Below are positions 20,377 through 30,680 of a stretch of 42,595 nt of DNA, piece by piece. Under the pieces are notes generated by a model. That model saw only the letters and a list, made by a program, of their open reading frames with translations, was not told the origin of the DNA and did not search any database. Source of the DNA: an uncultured bacterium (GTDB taxonomy: Bacteria > CAYUVA01); the NCBI GenBank assembly GCA_964448115.1, contig CAYUVA010000041.1, positions 1 to 42,595 of the forward strand, written 5' to 3'. The translations under genes and the position numbers were made by a program. Every line of letters starts with the position of its first letter. Position 1 is the stretch's first letter.

Positions 20377-21446
20377 ACATTGAACCGGACTTGTATGATA
20401 TCGCCATCCTGGACGATGTAGTCCTTGCCTTTGATAGCCAGCTTGCCAGCCTCCTTGAGCGCGCTCATGGAGCCGAATTCTAGGAAGGTCTGCACCGGCA
20501 CCACCTCTGCCTTGATGAATCCACGCTCCATGTCGGAGTGTATTGTGCCCGCAGCCTTTACTGCGCTGCTTCCGCTAGGAAGTCTCCAGGCGCGCACCTC
20601 CTCGCTGCCGATGGTATAAAAGGTGATCATGCCCAGATGTTCGTACAACCCTTGGGTAAGCGAAATCATCGCCGGCTGCTTTAGACCATAAGCCTCAAGC
20701 AGCTCCATTTGCTCATCCGCTTCCAGCTCGACCAGCTCGCCTTCCAGCTTGGCGCAAAGGGGAGCTAAGGCGGATTCAGGAACCGAGAGTCGCCTGCGGA
20801 TCTCATCGAAAAAAGCCTCATCGCCAACCTGCTCCTCGCCGATATTCAGCGCGATTAGCTGCGGTTTCTGGGAGAGAAATCTAAAGCCCCGAATCAGGAT
20901 TTCATCCTGTTCAGTGAGTTTTATACTGCGGATCGGCTGCCCATCCTGCATGTGCTTATGTATTCGGCTTAGCAGCTCGTATTCAGCTTGCAGCTCATCG
21001 CTTTTGATCTTTTTCCGATCCGATTCCAGCTTCTCCATGCGCTTTTCTACGATGGCTATGTCGGACAGAAGCAGCTCCATATCGACCGCCTCAAAGTCCC
21101 TTGCCGGGTTTATCGACTTATAAATATGATAAACATCAGCATCCTCAAAGGCTCTGATCACATGGCACAGCACATCGGCGTGGGTTACGTGCTCCAGGGC
21201 GCCGGAGCGCTTGCCGTCCCCCTCCTCGATGCCTGAGGTTAAGAAAAACTCCAATGTCGCCTGCACTTTCTTGTGGCCGGGGAAGTGCTCATGGAGGGCG
21301 TCTAGCCTTTCATCAGGGAGCTTGACCATGGCAGTTGGCGGCTTCCCACCCTTGAGCAGCATGTCATCGCTTATATGTTGCCCGGTCAGCGCCCTGAATA
21401 TAGTCCGCTTACCGGAGTAGGGAAGCCCTATGATACCGATTTTCAT
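20373..21446 (-). CDS. ychF: YchF/OLA1-family P-loop NTPase (DUF933/TGS), atypical motifs
   Basis: GIIGLPYSGKRT, HVIRAF, ITFYT...EVRAW, AAGTIHSDMERGFIKAEV, KDYIVQDGD. Confidence 0.85.
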   Translation of the reverse strand: MKIGIIGLPYSGKRTIFRALTGQHISDDMLLKGGKPPTAMVKLPDERLDALHEHFPGHKKVQATLEFFLTSGIEEGDGKRSGALEHVTHADVLCHVIRAFEDADVYHIYKSINPARDFEAVDMELLLSDIAIVEKRMEKLESDRKKIKSDELQAEYELLSRIHKHMQDGQPIRSIKLTEQDEILIRGFRFLSQKPQLIALNIGEEQVGDEAFFDEIRRRLSVPESALAPLCAKLEGELVELEADEQMELLEAYGLKQPAMISLTQGLYEHLGMITFYTIGSEEVRAWRLPSGSSAVKAAGTIHSDMERGFIKAEVVPVQTFLEFGSMSALKEAGKLAIKGKDYIVQDGDIIQVRFNV

Positions 21447-22636
21447 TGGGATTTCCTCATTTTATCATGGTTTGCATCCATATTCTCTGCCAGCCAATGC
21501 CAAGCACTGTCAGAGCTATCATTCCCCAAGATCTCGTAGCTGCCATCGCCATTGTCCTTAATAATTCCGAATGCGAACTCGATGCACATAATAGGGTCAA
21601 CATCGCAAGTGGGGAGGAATCTGGAGTCTGTCTGATACCAGCTTATACCGATGAAACCGTCATCCTTGCCTCCATTATCGTAATAATCGATTAGCGCCCT
21701 CATCATGCCTGCATAGTAGTTTCGCTGCTCCAGGTGGGTTGACTGCCAGGCGTGGTGATTACAAGCGGAGAAGCCGCTCTCGGCGACCATCACAAGCTCA
21801 TCTCGCTCTAGCGCCAAAGTGATGGTTTGATCGACCAGATCGCGGTAGCTACCCTGCCCGAAGTCCCAGGAGCCGGGATAATCATCGATGCCCAGTACAT
21901 CAATTATCCCACCTTTAGCCAATATGTTGTCAGTATATTCTCCAACTCCTAAATACATCCATGCCATGGCGAAGTTTATCATCAAGGGAGTGAAGCCTGG
22001 GGCTTTGGAGTAGCCATCGAATGCCATTTTCTCAGCATCACGCACCGCCTTGGAGGTAGCAGCAAGCATGGCGTACTGGTCCTCGTAGCTCCAGCCGGAA
22101 TGGTAGTATAAGTTGGTCATCTCGTTCTCCAACTGGTACATGATGATTCTAGTTAGAAGCTCAGGCTTATTTTGCATCACCATCTCAGCCAAGCCGAGCG
22201 CGAAGTCATGGACATCGGCGGGGAAGCTCTCCTCTTCTCCCTGTTGATAATCTCCGACGCCACCTAAGATAGGAAGCAGGTAAACATCCTTTTCTTCACA
22301 CCAAAGGCAGAGGTTGTATAGGCGATTGATCCATGTATCCTGCGGTTTCTGGGTAACATTGACATCAAAGCGAAATACCTTGATATGGCATGGTTCAAGG
22401 TAGGTATGGTAGAAGTCATCGAAGATGCCATCGGGCAGCAAACCAGGCTCGACAGGGATCAGGCTCGCATCGAGATGATAGGTAAAACCGAACACGGGAA
22501 GCACACCAGCGCAATCAATACTCCGAAGCCTGATCGTATTATCATTGCTTTTATCATCGCATCCTGTCAGATAAGAGGCGGTCAAGAGGCTTGAGATGAG
22601 CGCCCAAGCAAGATAGTGTCTAGCTCTTGGCATCAT
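21443..22636 (-). CDS. Lipoprotein with putative clan GH-A glycoside hydrolase TIM barrel
   Basis: Lipobox LTGC; YQLENE (acid/base-like), DVLGIDDYPG, VMVAESG (nucleophile-like), WYQ, FGII. Confidence 0.65.
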   Translation of the reverse strand: MMPRARHYLAWALISSLLTASYLTGCDDKSNDNTIRLRSIDCAGVLPVFGFTYHLDASLIPVEPGLLPDGIFDDFYHTYLEPCHIKVFRFDVNVTQKPQDTWINRLYNLCLWCEEKDVYLLPILGGVGDYQQGEEESFPADVHDFALGLAEMVMQNKPELLTRIIMYQLENEMTNLYYHSGWSYEDQYAMLAATSKAVRDAEKMAFDGYSKAPGFTPLMINFAMAWMYLGVGEYTDNILAKGGIIDVLGIDDYPGSWDFGQGSYRDLVDQTITLALERDELVMVAESGFSACNHHAWQSTHLEQRNYYAGMMRALIDYYDNGGKDDGFIGISWYQTDSRFLPTCDVDPIMCIEFAFGIIKDNGDGSYEILGNDSSDSAWHWLAENMDANHDKMRKSQ

Positions 22637-22644
22637 ATTCCTAC

Positions 22645-22923
22645 TTAACCTCCAGCTATGGATGAGACGACCGAGATGGTGTCTTTATCATTCAACTTAT
22701 CCTCGAGTCCCTGGGGGAGCTTTACCGGTAGTCCATTTCTCAGGATAGCGGGTGGTTTTTTATCCCTTAGCAGGCTCTTGAAGAATCTTCGGTTAGGAAT
22801 GCCTTTTTTATCGAGGATCTTGAAAAGCCCGGCAAGATCTGTCCCCGTATCAACATCGATAACCTCGTGGAGACGAATCGGTCCCGCGGAGAAGATCCCG
22901 GTAATGCTGATGGTTACCTTCAT
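22645..22923 (-). CDS. MoaD/ThiS-family ubiquitin-like sulfur carrier
   Basis: 92 aa from ATG 22923; ILRNG, L.DKDTISVV and C-terminal AGG. Confidence 0.85.
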   Translation of the reverse strand: MKVTISITGIFSAGPIRLHEVIDVDTGTDLAGLFKILDKKGIPNRRFFKSLLRDKKPPAILRNGLPVKLPQGLEDKLNDKDTISVVSSIAGG

Positions 22924-23222
22924 TGGTTGTTTGTATCCGATGATGTTGTTGAGTCTATTATTGTTTAACTTAACTTTTTCAACACGACTTATCAAGCTCA
23001 CATGGAAAATAGGATCGAGATCCTTGACGCAAGCATATATTATTAGTCAGTTTCTCACCAGGTGGAAAGATGTCTATTGGTTCCATAAAATCCCAAGGTG
23101 ATCTTGAGCGCCTTGTAAGCGAAATTGTAAGCCATTGGATATGGTTTGATACCCTTACTTCGGAGGGTTGCAGTTTTTTTAAATCTCTCAAATCTCGCAC
23201 ATCACACTTCATGCCTACAATA

Positions 23223-23255
23223 AAGGGCGCTCCGAACATCGCTCGAAGCGCCCTT
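23223..23255 (-). terminator. Probable intrinsic terminator of the Kelch-protein gene
   Basis: AAGGGCGCT(TCGA)...(TCGG)AGCGCCCTT stem 30 nt after the stop at 23286; on the minus strand the stem runs into a short T-rich tail (TTTATTG). Confidence 0.6.
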
Positions 23256-23285
23256 GAAATAGAGGATATTGTGAGGTGAACGAAT

Positions 23286-26200
23286 TTATTCTGTTACATT
23301 GAGCCAGGGCCACTCATGGCTTTCGACTGCGCTACTAACCGCCCTCAAGCCGATAACAAGCATGACCGGCTCAACTCCAGCTCCAACAGGTGTATCCGGG
23401 AAGGCATACACCAGTGCCACCGGGTCAATCACCGGCATGTCAACTCCAAGATAATTGTGATCCAGGTACATGCCGACATAGTCGATGCCCAGCATCCCAG
23501 GATCCTGGCAGGCAGCTAGCATGGTGAAGATACCGCCATCGGCGCTGTATATCTGGGTGTACATGTAACCAGCGCAGAGGATTATCGGTGGCTCTGGTAC
23601 TTCGGTCGGCGTCGGGGTGTTGGTAGGAGGTGCTGATGTCGGCGTCCTGGTGGGAGTGTTGGTAGGAGGTGCTGATGTCGGCGTCCTGGTGGGTGTGTTG
23701 GTAGGAGGTTGCGGAGTAGGAGTATTGGTGGCTGTCGGCGTATCAGTTGGGATCGGTGTGTCAGTTGGTGTCGGTGTGTCAGTTGGCGTATTGGTCGGTG
23801 TGTCGGTGGGGGTGTTTGTTGGAGTTACTGTCGGCGCTGGTGTCGGGGTGTACTCGGGTCCATAGAGCCTGAATGCCATATCAGAAGATAGTACATATTC
23901 CCAATAATGGTATCCTAGTACCGGGAATCCCATTACCGGGAAACAGCCTTGCTGAGTATCAGATGCTTGCCAGCCCCACTGGGGCGGAAAATCTATCTCT
24001 GGAACAATGGAGAGGAAGTACCTTGTGCCCGGCATTGGCTCGAATGGCGGCACCTCAGCCCAATACCTGAATCGACCAGCCGAATCTGGAATCTGATGGC
24101 AATCCTCGAATGGAACATGCGCCTCCCATATATGCGTTCCTATGTCGGTTGGACGGCAGTAACTGTCGTTCTCATCGTAGATGTAAAAGTGCACCGCTGT
24201 TCCACCGGTCGGAACAGAGGGATTCCAATATCCACCCCACCATTCGATGAACTTGATGGGACCGCTTTGCTTATCGGTGAACATGAAATCTTCTGCCACT
24301 GCTGAATTGAAGTCCGGCATCGCTTCCTGGCTTGAGTACAGATTCGCACTCGGATCTGGAAGCTGTTCATATAGTACAGGAGCATCTAACCCCTCGAAGA
24401 ATAACCAAAGTCTCGGCCTTAGTTGCGGATTGAGGCTCTGATTGGAAGCGAAACGGGCTAATCCCTCAGCTCCAGAGGGTGTAAGCTCACCCAACCAGAC
24501 CCCGAAATTCCCCAGGGCTTGCTGAGATAGCCAATATCGAACCATCGAGGTTACATCCCAGAATATCCATCCACGAGGTGTTAAGTCTCCAACAAGCCTC
24601 GTAGAATCTGGCGTGCCATCCCTATCCTCCGGGACACTATTAGCGCCAGGCAAAGTCCACTGGGTGTCCATGTAATATGCCCATTCCCAATCGCACTCAT
24701 CTAGCTCAACAGCTCTTCCCCTGGAGTTTATCGGATTCTTACCAAATCCACTCCACCAGGGGGTGTTCAACCTACAAGCGGCGATCTCCCTGGGGGCGTT
24801 GGCTCCACCAAGATAATATAACTCCAGGTAAGCAAGCACCAGGTGATCCAGGTTCTTCGCCTCGGGCAGGGTATCCAAATCGAAGAATATCAAACCATTG
24901 CTCGTTGAGCCGGAGCTATCCGCACCGGAGATCAGCAGCTCCTCCTCGTGACCGGTGTTGTTGTTTTTATCGCTTGGATCCTGGAGGATATGGACATCGG
25001 AGCTTCCCCAGTAACCGTTCAAGCCGTTCTGGTACAGATAAGTGCCTTCTGGCAATGGGGTCGGTTCCGGCGGTGTTGTGCAATATTCATACTTATAGGT
25101 ATCCACGATGCCAGTAAAACTAGCTCCCAAAATATCCCAGCCACCAACACAATAAATGCTATCCAGCGCTGCGGCTGCATTCCGGAAGGTACCTACAGGG
25201 ATGGAGCTCAACTCAGACCAGGTGTTGTAATATGGGTCGAAGACGAGTGCTCCGCCATAGGGAGTCCACTCGCGATTGCCACCGATAACATAGAACTTGT
25301 TATCATAGACAACGGAGCCACCTCCCCACCATGGATAAGGCATCTCGGAGAACACCGAGGAATCCATATCCCAGAAACCGCTTACCTTAGTATCCTCCTT
25401 AAATGGGTAAAAAACCTCCGTGGTATGCAAGATATTACTTAATTCATCAACACCACCTGCAGCCCATAGCTTGCCATTATAGGCGAACAGATTGTGAAAA
25501 TATCTGGCTTGATTCATGGATGTTTCTTTGTACCAGGTTCCTTTGGATGGATCGTACCGATGTAGATCAGCCCATACCCTATTTAACTCATCTCGACCAC
25601 CACTCAGGTACAGATGACCATCCATGGCGACGGTTCTATGACCATAAGTAGCCTGAATATCAGCAGCCATAGCAACTGTTGACCAGGAATCAGCAGCGAT
25701 ATCGTAGATCTGCATCTGGTTGTAGGTGAAATCCCCTGGTATGTAGATCTTGTTGTCGATTACGCAAGCATCGACAAAATAGATCGGCTGGGGCATAGTG
25801 GTCAGGAAGTTCCATTGATCCAGGTCGGGATCGTAGATCTCCACGGAGCCGATATAGCCCTTTGCCTTGTCAGGGCTTAATCCAGCGGGCTCAAGATGCT
25901 TTCCAGAATGCTTCATATCCTCCAAAGACATCTTGTAGTCGACGCTATTACCGCCCACCGCATAAAGATGGGTATCATCTGATACCACATCGAAATCCAC
26001 CCTGCCGATATTGAGATCCGCATACTGCGCCCAGTGCTTTACATAAGGCTCGATATTTACAACTGCTGTGGAGGTTATATTACTAACCGGCGATGAAGCC
26101 TCGATAATAACTCTCCCCGGCTCAAGATCATTGACCGGGATATGGATATTGAAAGCCTGCTCTCCCATATAGGGGATAGGACCGACTGAACTAGGACCTG

Positions 26201-26816
26201 ACACAAGGTAATCACCATAGTAGCTTATATCGAAGGTCTCCTCATAGCCCAAGTAGTTTTTCAACACCAGGGTATGGTTTAACTCTGCGTTGTAACAGGT
26301 GGAAAATACAGTCTCTGAGGGAAGTAATACGATCTCTGGTGGTTCGATGAAATAAATCTCACCTGCCAGGGTATGTGGCTTACTGCCCCAGTAATCGCCT
26401 TCCAGGTACCATTCCATAATCGCTATCACCTTATCGATTGCAGGGATATTGACCCTAACATTGAAGTAATGGTCGCTATCTCCGTACATCTCACCCCAAC
26501 CGCCATCGGCATCGTTCCAGGTGGCGACATTGGTTCCTATGCCAGACTGGTCCCAGTTATGATCTCCATTATCATAAGGTCCCGGCAGATGCCACATATT
26601 GAGGATCTCCCAGCCTGGGGGAAAGGTGAACTCGACATAACTCATCCATTCCCCATCTGGGGAACCATTGTACACCAGGAAGCTGATGTTAAGGTCGCCG
26701 GGGGCGATTAGCTCCGGGTCTGGGGTTACCGTGCTGCCGGCTATGCTTGCAAGAGCAACGCCGGGTAGAATTAGTGCGCATACTATCAGCGCAATAAGAC
26801 CGCTTAAGCTTCTCAT
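23286..26816 (-). CDS. Large secreted multidomain protein: N-terminal Ig-like domains, Kelch beta-propeller, DNRLRE/CBM-like domain, further beta domain, Pro/Thr linker, conserved C-terminal domain
   Basis: Signal peptide [32 protein letters not shown]; Kelch repeats (LYAVGG...VEIYDP...W; LYLSGG; LWAAGG; FYVIGG); GLIFFDL...WDVTSMV...FAS...RPRL; AEDF...WWGGYW...QWGW...DMAFRL. Confidence 0.85.
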   Translation of the reverse strand: MRSLSGLIALIVCALILPGVALASIAGSTVTPDPELIAPGDLNISFLVYNGSPDGEWMSYVEFTFPPGWEILNMWHLPGPYDNGDHNWDQSGIGTNVATWNDADGGWGEMYGDSDHYFNVRVNIPAIDKVIAIMEWYLEGDYWGSKPHTLAGEIYFIEPPEIVLLPSETVFSTCYNAELNHTLVLKNYLGYEETFDISYYGDYLVSGPSSVGPIPYMGEQAFNIHIPVNDLEPGRVIIEASSPVSNITSTAVVNIEPYVKHWAQYADLNIGRVDFDVVSDDTHLYAVGGNSVDYKMSLEDMKHSGKHLEPAGLSPDKAKGYIGSVEIYDPDLDQWNFLTTMPQPIYFVDACVIDNKIYIPGDFTYNQMQIYDIAADSWSTVAMAADIQATYGHRTVAMDGHLYLSGGRDELNRVWADLHRYDPSKGTWYKETSMNQARYFHNLFAYNGKLWAAGGVDELSNILHTTEVFYPFKEDTKVSGFWDMDSSVFSEMPYPWWGGGSVVYDNKFYVIGGNREWTPYGGALVFDPYYNTWSELSSIPVGTFRNAAAALDSIYCVGGWDILGASFTGIVDTYKYEYCTTPPEPTPLPEGTYLYQNGLNGYWGSSDVHILQDPSDKNNNTGHEEELLISGADSSGSTSNGLIFFDLDTLPEAKNLDHLVLAYLELYYLGGANAPREIAACRLNTPWWSGFGKNPINSRGRAVELDECDWEWAYYMDTQWTLPGANSVPEDRDGTPDSTRLVGDLTPRGWIFWDVTSMVRYWLSQQALGNFGVWLGELTPSGAEGLARFASNQSLNPQLRPRLWLFFEGLDAPVLYEQLPDPSANLYSSQEAMPDFNSAVAEDFMFTDKQSGPIKFIEWWGGYWNPSVPTGGTAVHFYIYDENDSYCRPTDIGTHIWEAHVPFEDCHQIPDSAGRFRYWAEVPPFEPMPGTRYFLSIVPEIDFPPQWGWQASDTQQGCFPVMGFPVLGYHYWEYVLSSDMAFRLYGPEYTPTPAPTVTPTNTPTDTPTNTPTDTPTPTDTPIPTDTPTATNTPTPQPPTNTPTRTPTSAPPTNTPTRTPTSAPPTNTPTPTEVPEPPIILCAGYMYTQIYSADGGIFTMLAACQDPGMLGIDYVGMYLDHNYLGVDMPVIDPVALVYAFPDTPVGAGVEPVMLVIGLRAVSSAVESHEWPWLNVTE
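23616..23709 (-). repeat. 39-nt tandem coding repeat ([13 protein letters not shown]) x~2.4
   Basis: Near-identical units GGTAGGAGGTGCTGATGTCGGCGTCCTGGTGGGWGTGTT. Confidence 0.9.
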
Positions 26817-26870
26817 TAATTCCTCCTATAAAAGAATTAATATTGTGAATTTTAACCTAACTCGCTGACC

Positions 26871-26899
26871 ATTAAAGATAATTTTTAATGCTATGTCAA
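26871..26899 (-). promoter_or_regulatory. Sigma70-type promoter for the Kelch-protein gene
   Basis: Minus strand TTGACA (26899-26894), 17-nt spacer, TTTAAT (26876-26871). Confidence 0.5.
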
Positions 26900-26966
26900 G
26901 CAAAAAAGAGGTGATGATCTGTATTATTTTTTGTCGAATTGGGAATTTATCAACTAGACTATGTTA

Positions 26967-27926
26967 TTAATCCTCAACGAGTTGATCTCTCCAGTATTCA
27001 AGGATATCGGACAAGGTTTGCTCAAATGGTATCGTCTGCTCCCAGCCGGTGCATTGTCGGAACTTTGCATTATCTCCCACCAGATAAGGGAGATCAGCAG
27101 GACGAAACTTTGCATCATCGACCCTTGCTTCGATTGGGACATCTGCCATTGATAGCAGCCTTTCCAATATCCAACGGATGCGATAAGCTTTTCCGGAGCA
27201 TATATTGTAAGCCTCAGCGCTGCTACATTTCTTGATTGCTAGATAGTAACCACGCACGATATCCCGCACATCGGAGAAGTCGCGATGGACATCCAGGTTG
27301 CCGTGGTTAATAAGCGGTTCTTCTCTTCCAGCTTCAATCAATGCAATATGCTTGGCCCATTCTGAGCAGACGAAATGAGCAGAATGCCGTGGTCCGGTAT
27401 GGTTGAAGGGTCGCATCAGCACTACATCATACCCCTGAGAGACAGCATACTGGTATCCGAGCATCTCCTGGCTCGCCTTGGAGACGCCGTAGGGGCTTAT
27501 CGGCTTCAGGGGATAATCCTCTGTGATAGGTCCGGAGGTTGGAGATCGGATGCCATATTCCTCGGAGGAGCCGACAAGCAATATTCTCGCCTTTTCCTTA
27601 AAGGGGCGCGCTGCCTCCAACAGGTTCAAGGCGCCGAATATGTTGGTCTTGATGGTATGACTGGCATCGCTGAATGAGCCAAATACTTGGCTTTGGGCAG
27701 CAAGGTGAAAGATGCAATCAGGTTCCACCTGCAATAGAGCCTGCTCGGTTTTCTGTCGCTCAGTAAGATCGCACCTTATCACCGTGATTTTATGGATAAT
27801 ATCGCTCAGGCGGTGTAGATCTACTTCCGGCAGCTCTAATCCGAAGACCTCCCAGCCCTCTAGGGTCAATAGATCAGCCAGGTGGCTGCCTACGAAGCCG
27901 CCGATGCCGGTAATCAAGGCTTTCAT
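26967..27926 (-). CDS. GDP-mannose 4,6-dehydratase / GDP-4-keto-6-deoxymannose reductase (Rmd-like) SDR
   Basis: TGIGGFVGSHL, FHLAAQS, GSSEEYG, YGVSK, RPFNHTGPR, RDFSDVRD. Confidence 0.85.
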   Translation of the reverse strand: MKALITGIGGFVGSHLADLLTLEGWEVFGLELPEVDLHRLSDIIHKITVIRCDLTERQKTEQALLQVEPDCIFHLAAQSQVFGSFSDASHTIKTNIFGALNLLEAARPFKEKARILLVGSSEEYGIRSPTSGPITEDYPLKPISPYGVSKASQEMLGYQYAVSQGYDVVLMRPFNHTGPRHSAHFVCSEWAKHIALIEAGREEPLINHGNLDVHRDFSDVRDIVRGYYLAIKKCSSAEAYNICSGKAYRIRWILERLLSMADVPIEARVDDAKFRPADLPYLVGDNAKFRQCTGWEQTIPFEQTLSDILEYWRDQLVED

Positions 27927-27932
27927 CTTTGC

Positions 27933-28895
27933 CTAGAGCCTTTCCCTCCAGTAATCGAGGATATCGCTAAGCGTCTGCTTAAACGGGATCTGCGGCTTCC
28001 AGCCGGTCGCCTTGCAGAACTTGCTATTATCTCCGATAAGTATGGGCACATCCGACGGGCGCAACCGTTCGGGATCGGTTATGACCTCGACCTTGACATC
28101 GGTAAGATCGAGCAGCATCCGGAGGACATCAGCTATTTTATATCCCTTGCCGGAGCAGATATTATAAGCCTCCCCAGGCGTACAGTGCTCGGTTGCCAGC
28201 CAGTATCCCCTGACCATATCGCGCACATCGGTGAAGTCCCTTATGGCATCAAGGTTGCCAACATGTATCTCCGGCTTGCGTTGTCCCTTTTCGATTTCGA
28301 CTATCTGCTTGGCGAAGTTGGAGCATACGAATACATGTCCACGGCGAGGTCCAGTGTGATTAAAGCCCCTAGTACGCAAGACTTTAAGCCCATAGCTCAT
28401 AAAGTAGTTGTATCCGAGCATATCCTGGGCTACCTTGCTGACCGCATAGGGAGAGAGGGGTCGCAGCGGATTCTCCTCCTTTATGGGGGTCTCATGCTCA
28501 TAGACCATTCCATATTCCTCGCTTGAGCATGCTATTTGTATCCAGGGGTCTAGACCGAGATCTCGTACAACCTCGAAGATGTTCAATTGTCCGATAACAT
28601 TTGTGGTAAGCGACTCCATGGGCGCATGAAAGGATGATAGTACGAAGCTCTGCGCTGCCAGGTGGAAGATCTTCTCTGGTTTTACCTTGCTTATCACCTT
28701 GCGCACAGAGGAATAGTCCCTCATATCGCACTCGTAGATAACCACATCATCTCTTTTCTCCAGGTGGCATATATTCTCGTTGCGCGAGCGCCATCTCTGG
28801 ATGCCAAATACCTCAACTTCCGGGTGTTCAGCAAGCAGATAATCAGCCAGATGGCTCCCTGCGAAGCCGGTGATGCCGGTAATTAGTATCTTCAT
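27933..28895 (-). CDS. GDP-mannose 4,6-dehydratase-family SDR (tandem paralog)
   Basis: TGITGFAGSHL, FHLAAQSFV, CSSEEYG, YAVSK, FNHTGPRRG, RDFTDVRD, RLRPSDV. Confidence 0.88.
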   Translation of the reverse strand: MKILITGITGFAGSHLADYLLAEHPEVEVFGIQRWRSRNENICHLEKRDDVVIYECDMRDYSSVRKVISKVKPEKIFHLAAQSFVLSSFHAPMESLTTNVIGQLNIFEVVRDLGLDPWIQIACSSEEYGMVYEHETPIKEENPLRPLSPYAVSKVAQDMLGYNYFMSYGLKVLRTRGFNHTGPRRGHVFVCSNFAKQIVEIEKGQRKPEIHVGNLDAIRDFTDVRDMVRGYWLATEHCTPGEAYNICSGKGYKIADVLRMLLDLTDVKVEVITDPERLRPSDVPILIGDNSKFCKATGWKPQIPFKQTLSDILDYWRERL

Positions 28896-29764
28896 TTCGC
28901 CTCCTGCAAGTATCTATTTAATCCATCTCTCCAAGGGGGGAGCTTGTATCCACAGTGTATCTCGAATCTATAATTGCTTAGCACCGAGTATGCTGGCCGC
29001 GGCGCCGCAGCGCCGAAATCAGCCGTGCTTATCGGTTTTATGCGAGAGGGATCTCGTCCGCTTAAAAGAGCCACCTGCCTCGAAAAATCGAACCAGGAGA
29101 CGCTCTCGCGGTTGGTTACATGAACGATCCCCTGCAAAGGCTTTTCTACGAGACATCGAATCCCTTGCGCCAGGTGCACCGTGTAGGTCGGCGAAAGCAC
29201 CTGGTCATATACTACATTTATCTCATTTTGGATATCGAGCAGCCTCAAGATGGTCTGGGGAAAACATCTTCCCTTGATGCCGAAAAGCCCAGAAGTTCTT
29301 ACAATCGTGTAGTTGCGAGCATTCTTGTCAACGATCATTTCGCCGAGCCACTTCGATTTGCCATAGACGCTTATCGGCTCCGGTGTATCGCTCTCCTTAT
29401 AGGGGGATTTCTTATGCCCCGAAAATACATAATCGGTGCTGATATGGAGAAGCCTCGCTTCTATGCTGTTGGCAGCCTCGCATAAGAATTCGAGCGCATA
29501 TCCATTGATCGCAAACGCTTCCTTGACATGTGATTCAGCGCCATCGACATCAGTGTAAGCTGCGCAATTGATGATCACATCCGGCTTATGCGAGGGGATG
29601 ATCTCCATGACCTGGTCTCTCCTGGTGATATCGAGCTGGTCGATATCCATGCCGCTTACCTGGAAGCGATCGCCAATAAGTACCTTGAAAAGGGCATCAG
29701 CCAACATACCGTGGCTACCGGTTATGAAAACTCTAATTGTTCGATCCTCCTGTCCTCGGCTCAT
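28892..29764 (-). CDS. rfbD: dTDP-4-dehydrorhamnose reductase
   Basis: TGSHGML, NCAAYTDVDGAE, HISTDYVF, YGKSK, APRPAYSVL. Confidence 0.93.
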   Translation of the reverse strand: MSRGQEDRTIRVFITGSHGMLADALFKVLIGDRFQVSGMDIDQLDITRRDQVMEIIPSHKPDVIINCAAYTDVDGAESHVKEAFAINGYALEFLCEAANSIEARLLHISTDYVFSGHKKSPYKESDTPEPISVYGKSKWLGEMIVDKNARNYTIVRTSGLFGIKGRCFPQTILRLLDIQNEINVVYDQVLSPTYTVHLAQGIRCLVEKPLQGIVHVTNRESVSWFDFSRQVALLSGRDPSRIKPISTADFGAAAPRPAYSVLSNYRFEIHCGYKLPPWRDGLNRYLQEAK

Positions 29765-30519
29765 CTAACCCTAGCTCCTATTTCTTGCAGCTTTGCCAGG
29801 GACTTGAAGTAGTAATCCGAGGTCAAATAGTCCTCGGTGATGCGTAGAAAGGTTGCCTTTGCCTCGGCATACTGTTTCTGTTCAAGATAAGCCAAGCCGA
29901 GGTAATAAAGCCCCTCATCTAGGTGCTCATAGTCAGGATACTCCCTGAGCAGGTACTGTATCCTTGCCACAGTAGCCTCGTATTCCTTCAGCTTGTAGTA
30001 AATACGCGCCACATAGACCTCGTGCTCGGCTAAACGGTCTTCGCATTGCTTTATCCTAAGCTTAGCCAGTGCGACTCGATCATCCTTTGGGAAATACTCG
30101 ATGAACTTGCTGAATTCGTTGATCGCTAACTTGGTCTTACTCAGGTCCCGGTCTATGGAACTGAACGAGTTTATTCGACATAAGGCGAGATTCCACAGCA
30201 CATCCGGGGCTTCCTTGTGCGTGGGGTGGAAGTCGAGGAAAAGCTGGTAGTTGACCGCAGCCTCATCCCAATTCTCATGCTCAAAGCTGTTGTCTCCCAG
30301 GGCTTTAATGGCTAGCGGTGCGTAAGGACTCTTGGGATAGTTTATCTCCACCTTTTCCAGCAGCTCGCGCCCATCCGAGGTGCGCCAGGAATGGATCAAC
30401 TGCAAGCCGAGAAGATACGACTCCTTGTCAGAGAGCCTGATGCTCTCTTTAGTAACCGTGCAACCGTAGCCGGCTAGCAAAACAACAACCACCAAAAGTA
30501 AATAATTTACTTTTCTCAT
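29761..30519 (-). CDS. bamD: Outer membrane protein assembly factor BamD (TPR lipoprotein)
   Basis: Lipobox-like LAGYGC; YP.SPYA, FHPTH, DRD, LAEHEVYVARIY, TPR helices. Confidence 0.85.
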   Translation of the reverse strand: MRKVNYLLLVVVVLLAGYGCTVTKESIRLSDKESYLLGLQLIHSWRTSDGRELLEKVEINYPKSPYAPLAIKALGDNSFEHENWDEAAVNYQLFLDFHPTHKEAPDVLWNLALCRINSFSSIDRDLSKTKLAINEFSKFIEYFPKDDRVALAKLRIKQCEDRLAEHEVYVARIYYKLKEYEATVARIQYLLREYPDYEHLDEGLYYLGLAYLEQKQYAEAKATFLRITEDYLTSDYYFKSLAKLQEIGARVR

Positions 30520-30680
30520 GCCGTTTACCTATAACACAGGTATAGCTGTTATACAACCAGCAGAGATATTGATCATCAACTGGTGATCCTTTACTTGTAA
30601 AGCGATGCGTGATATAGGTCTAGCGCTAAGGGTTGTTCGTTTTCGCCTATGAAAACCGTAACTGCAAGGAGTAGCTCAAG

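Noticed and set aside
22979-23279. Short ORFs faintly resembling a RelE toxin N-terminus (RDLKKL)
   Set aside because: The remaining RelE motifs are missing on that strand, there is no antitoxin, and the ORFs overlap the terminator.
26843-26860. Rex-like operator (TTGTGAATTTTAACCTAA)
   Set aside because: Only one half-site matches the TTGTGAA-N4-TTCACAA consensus.
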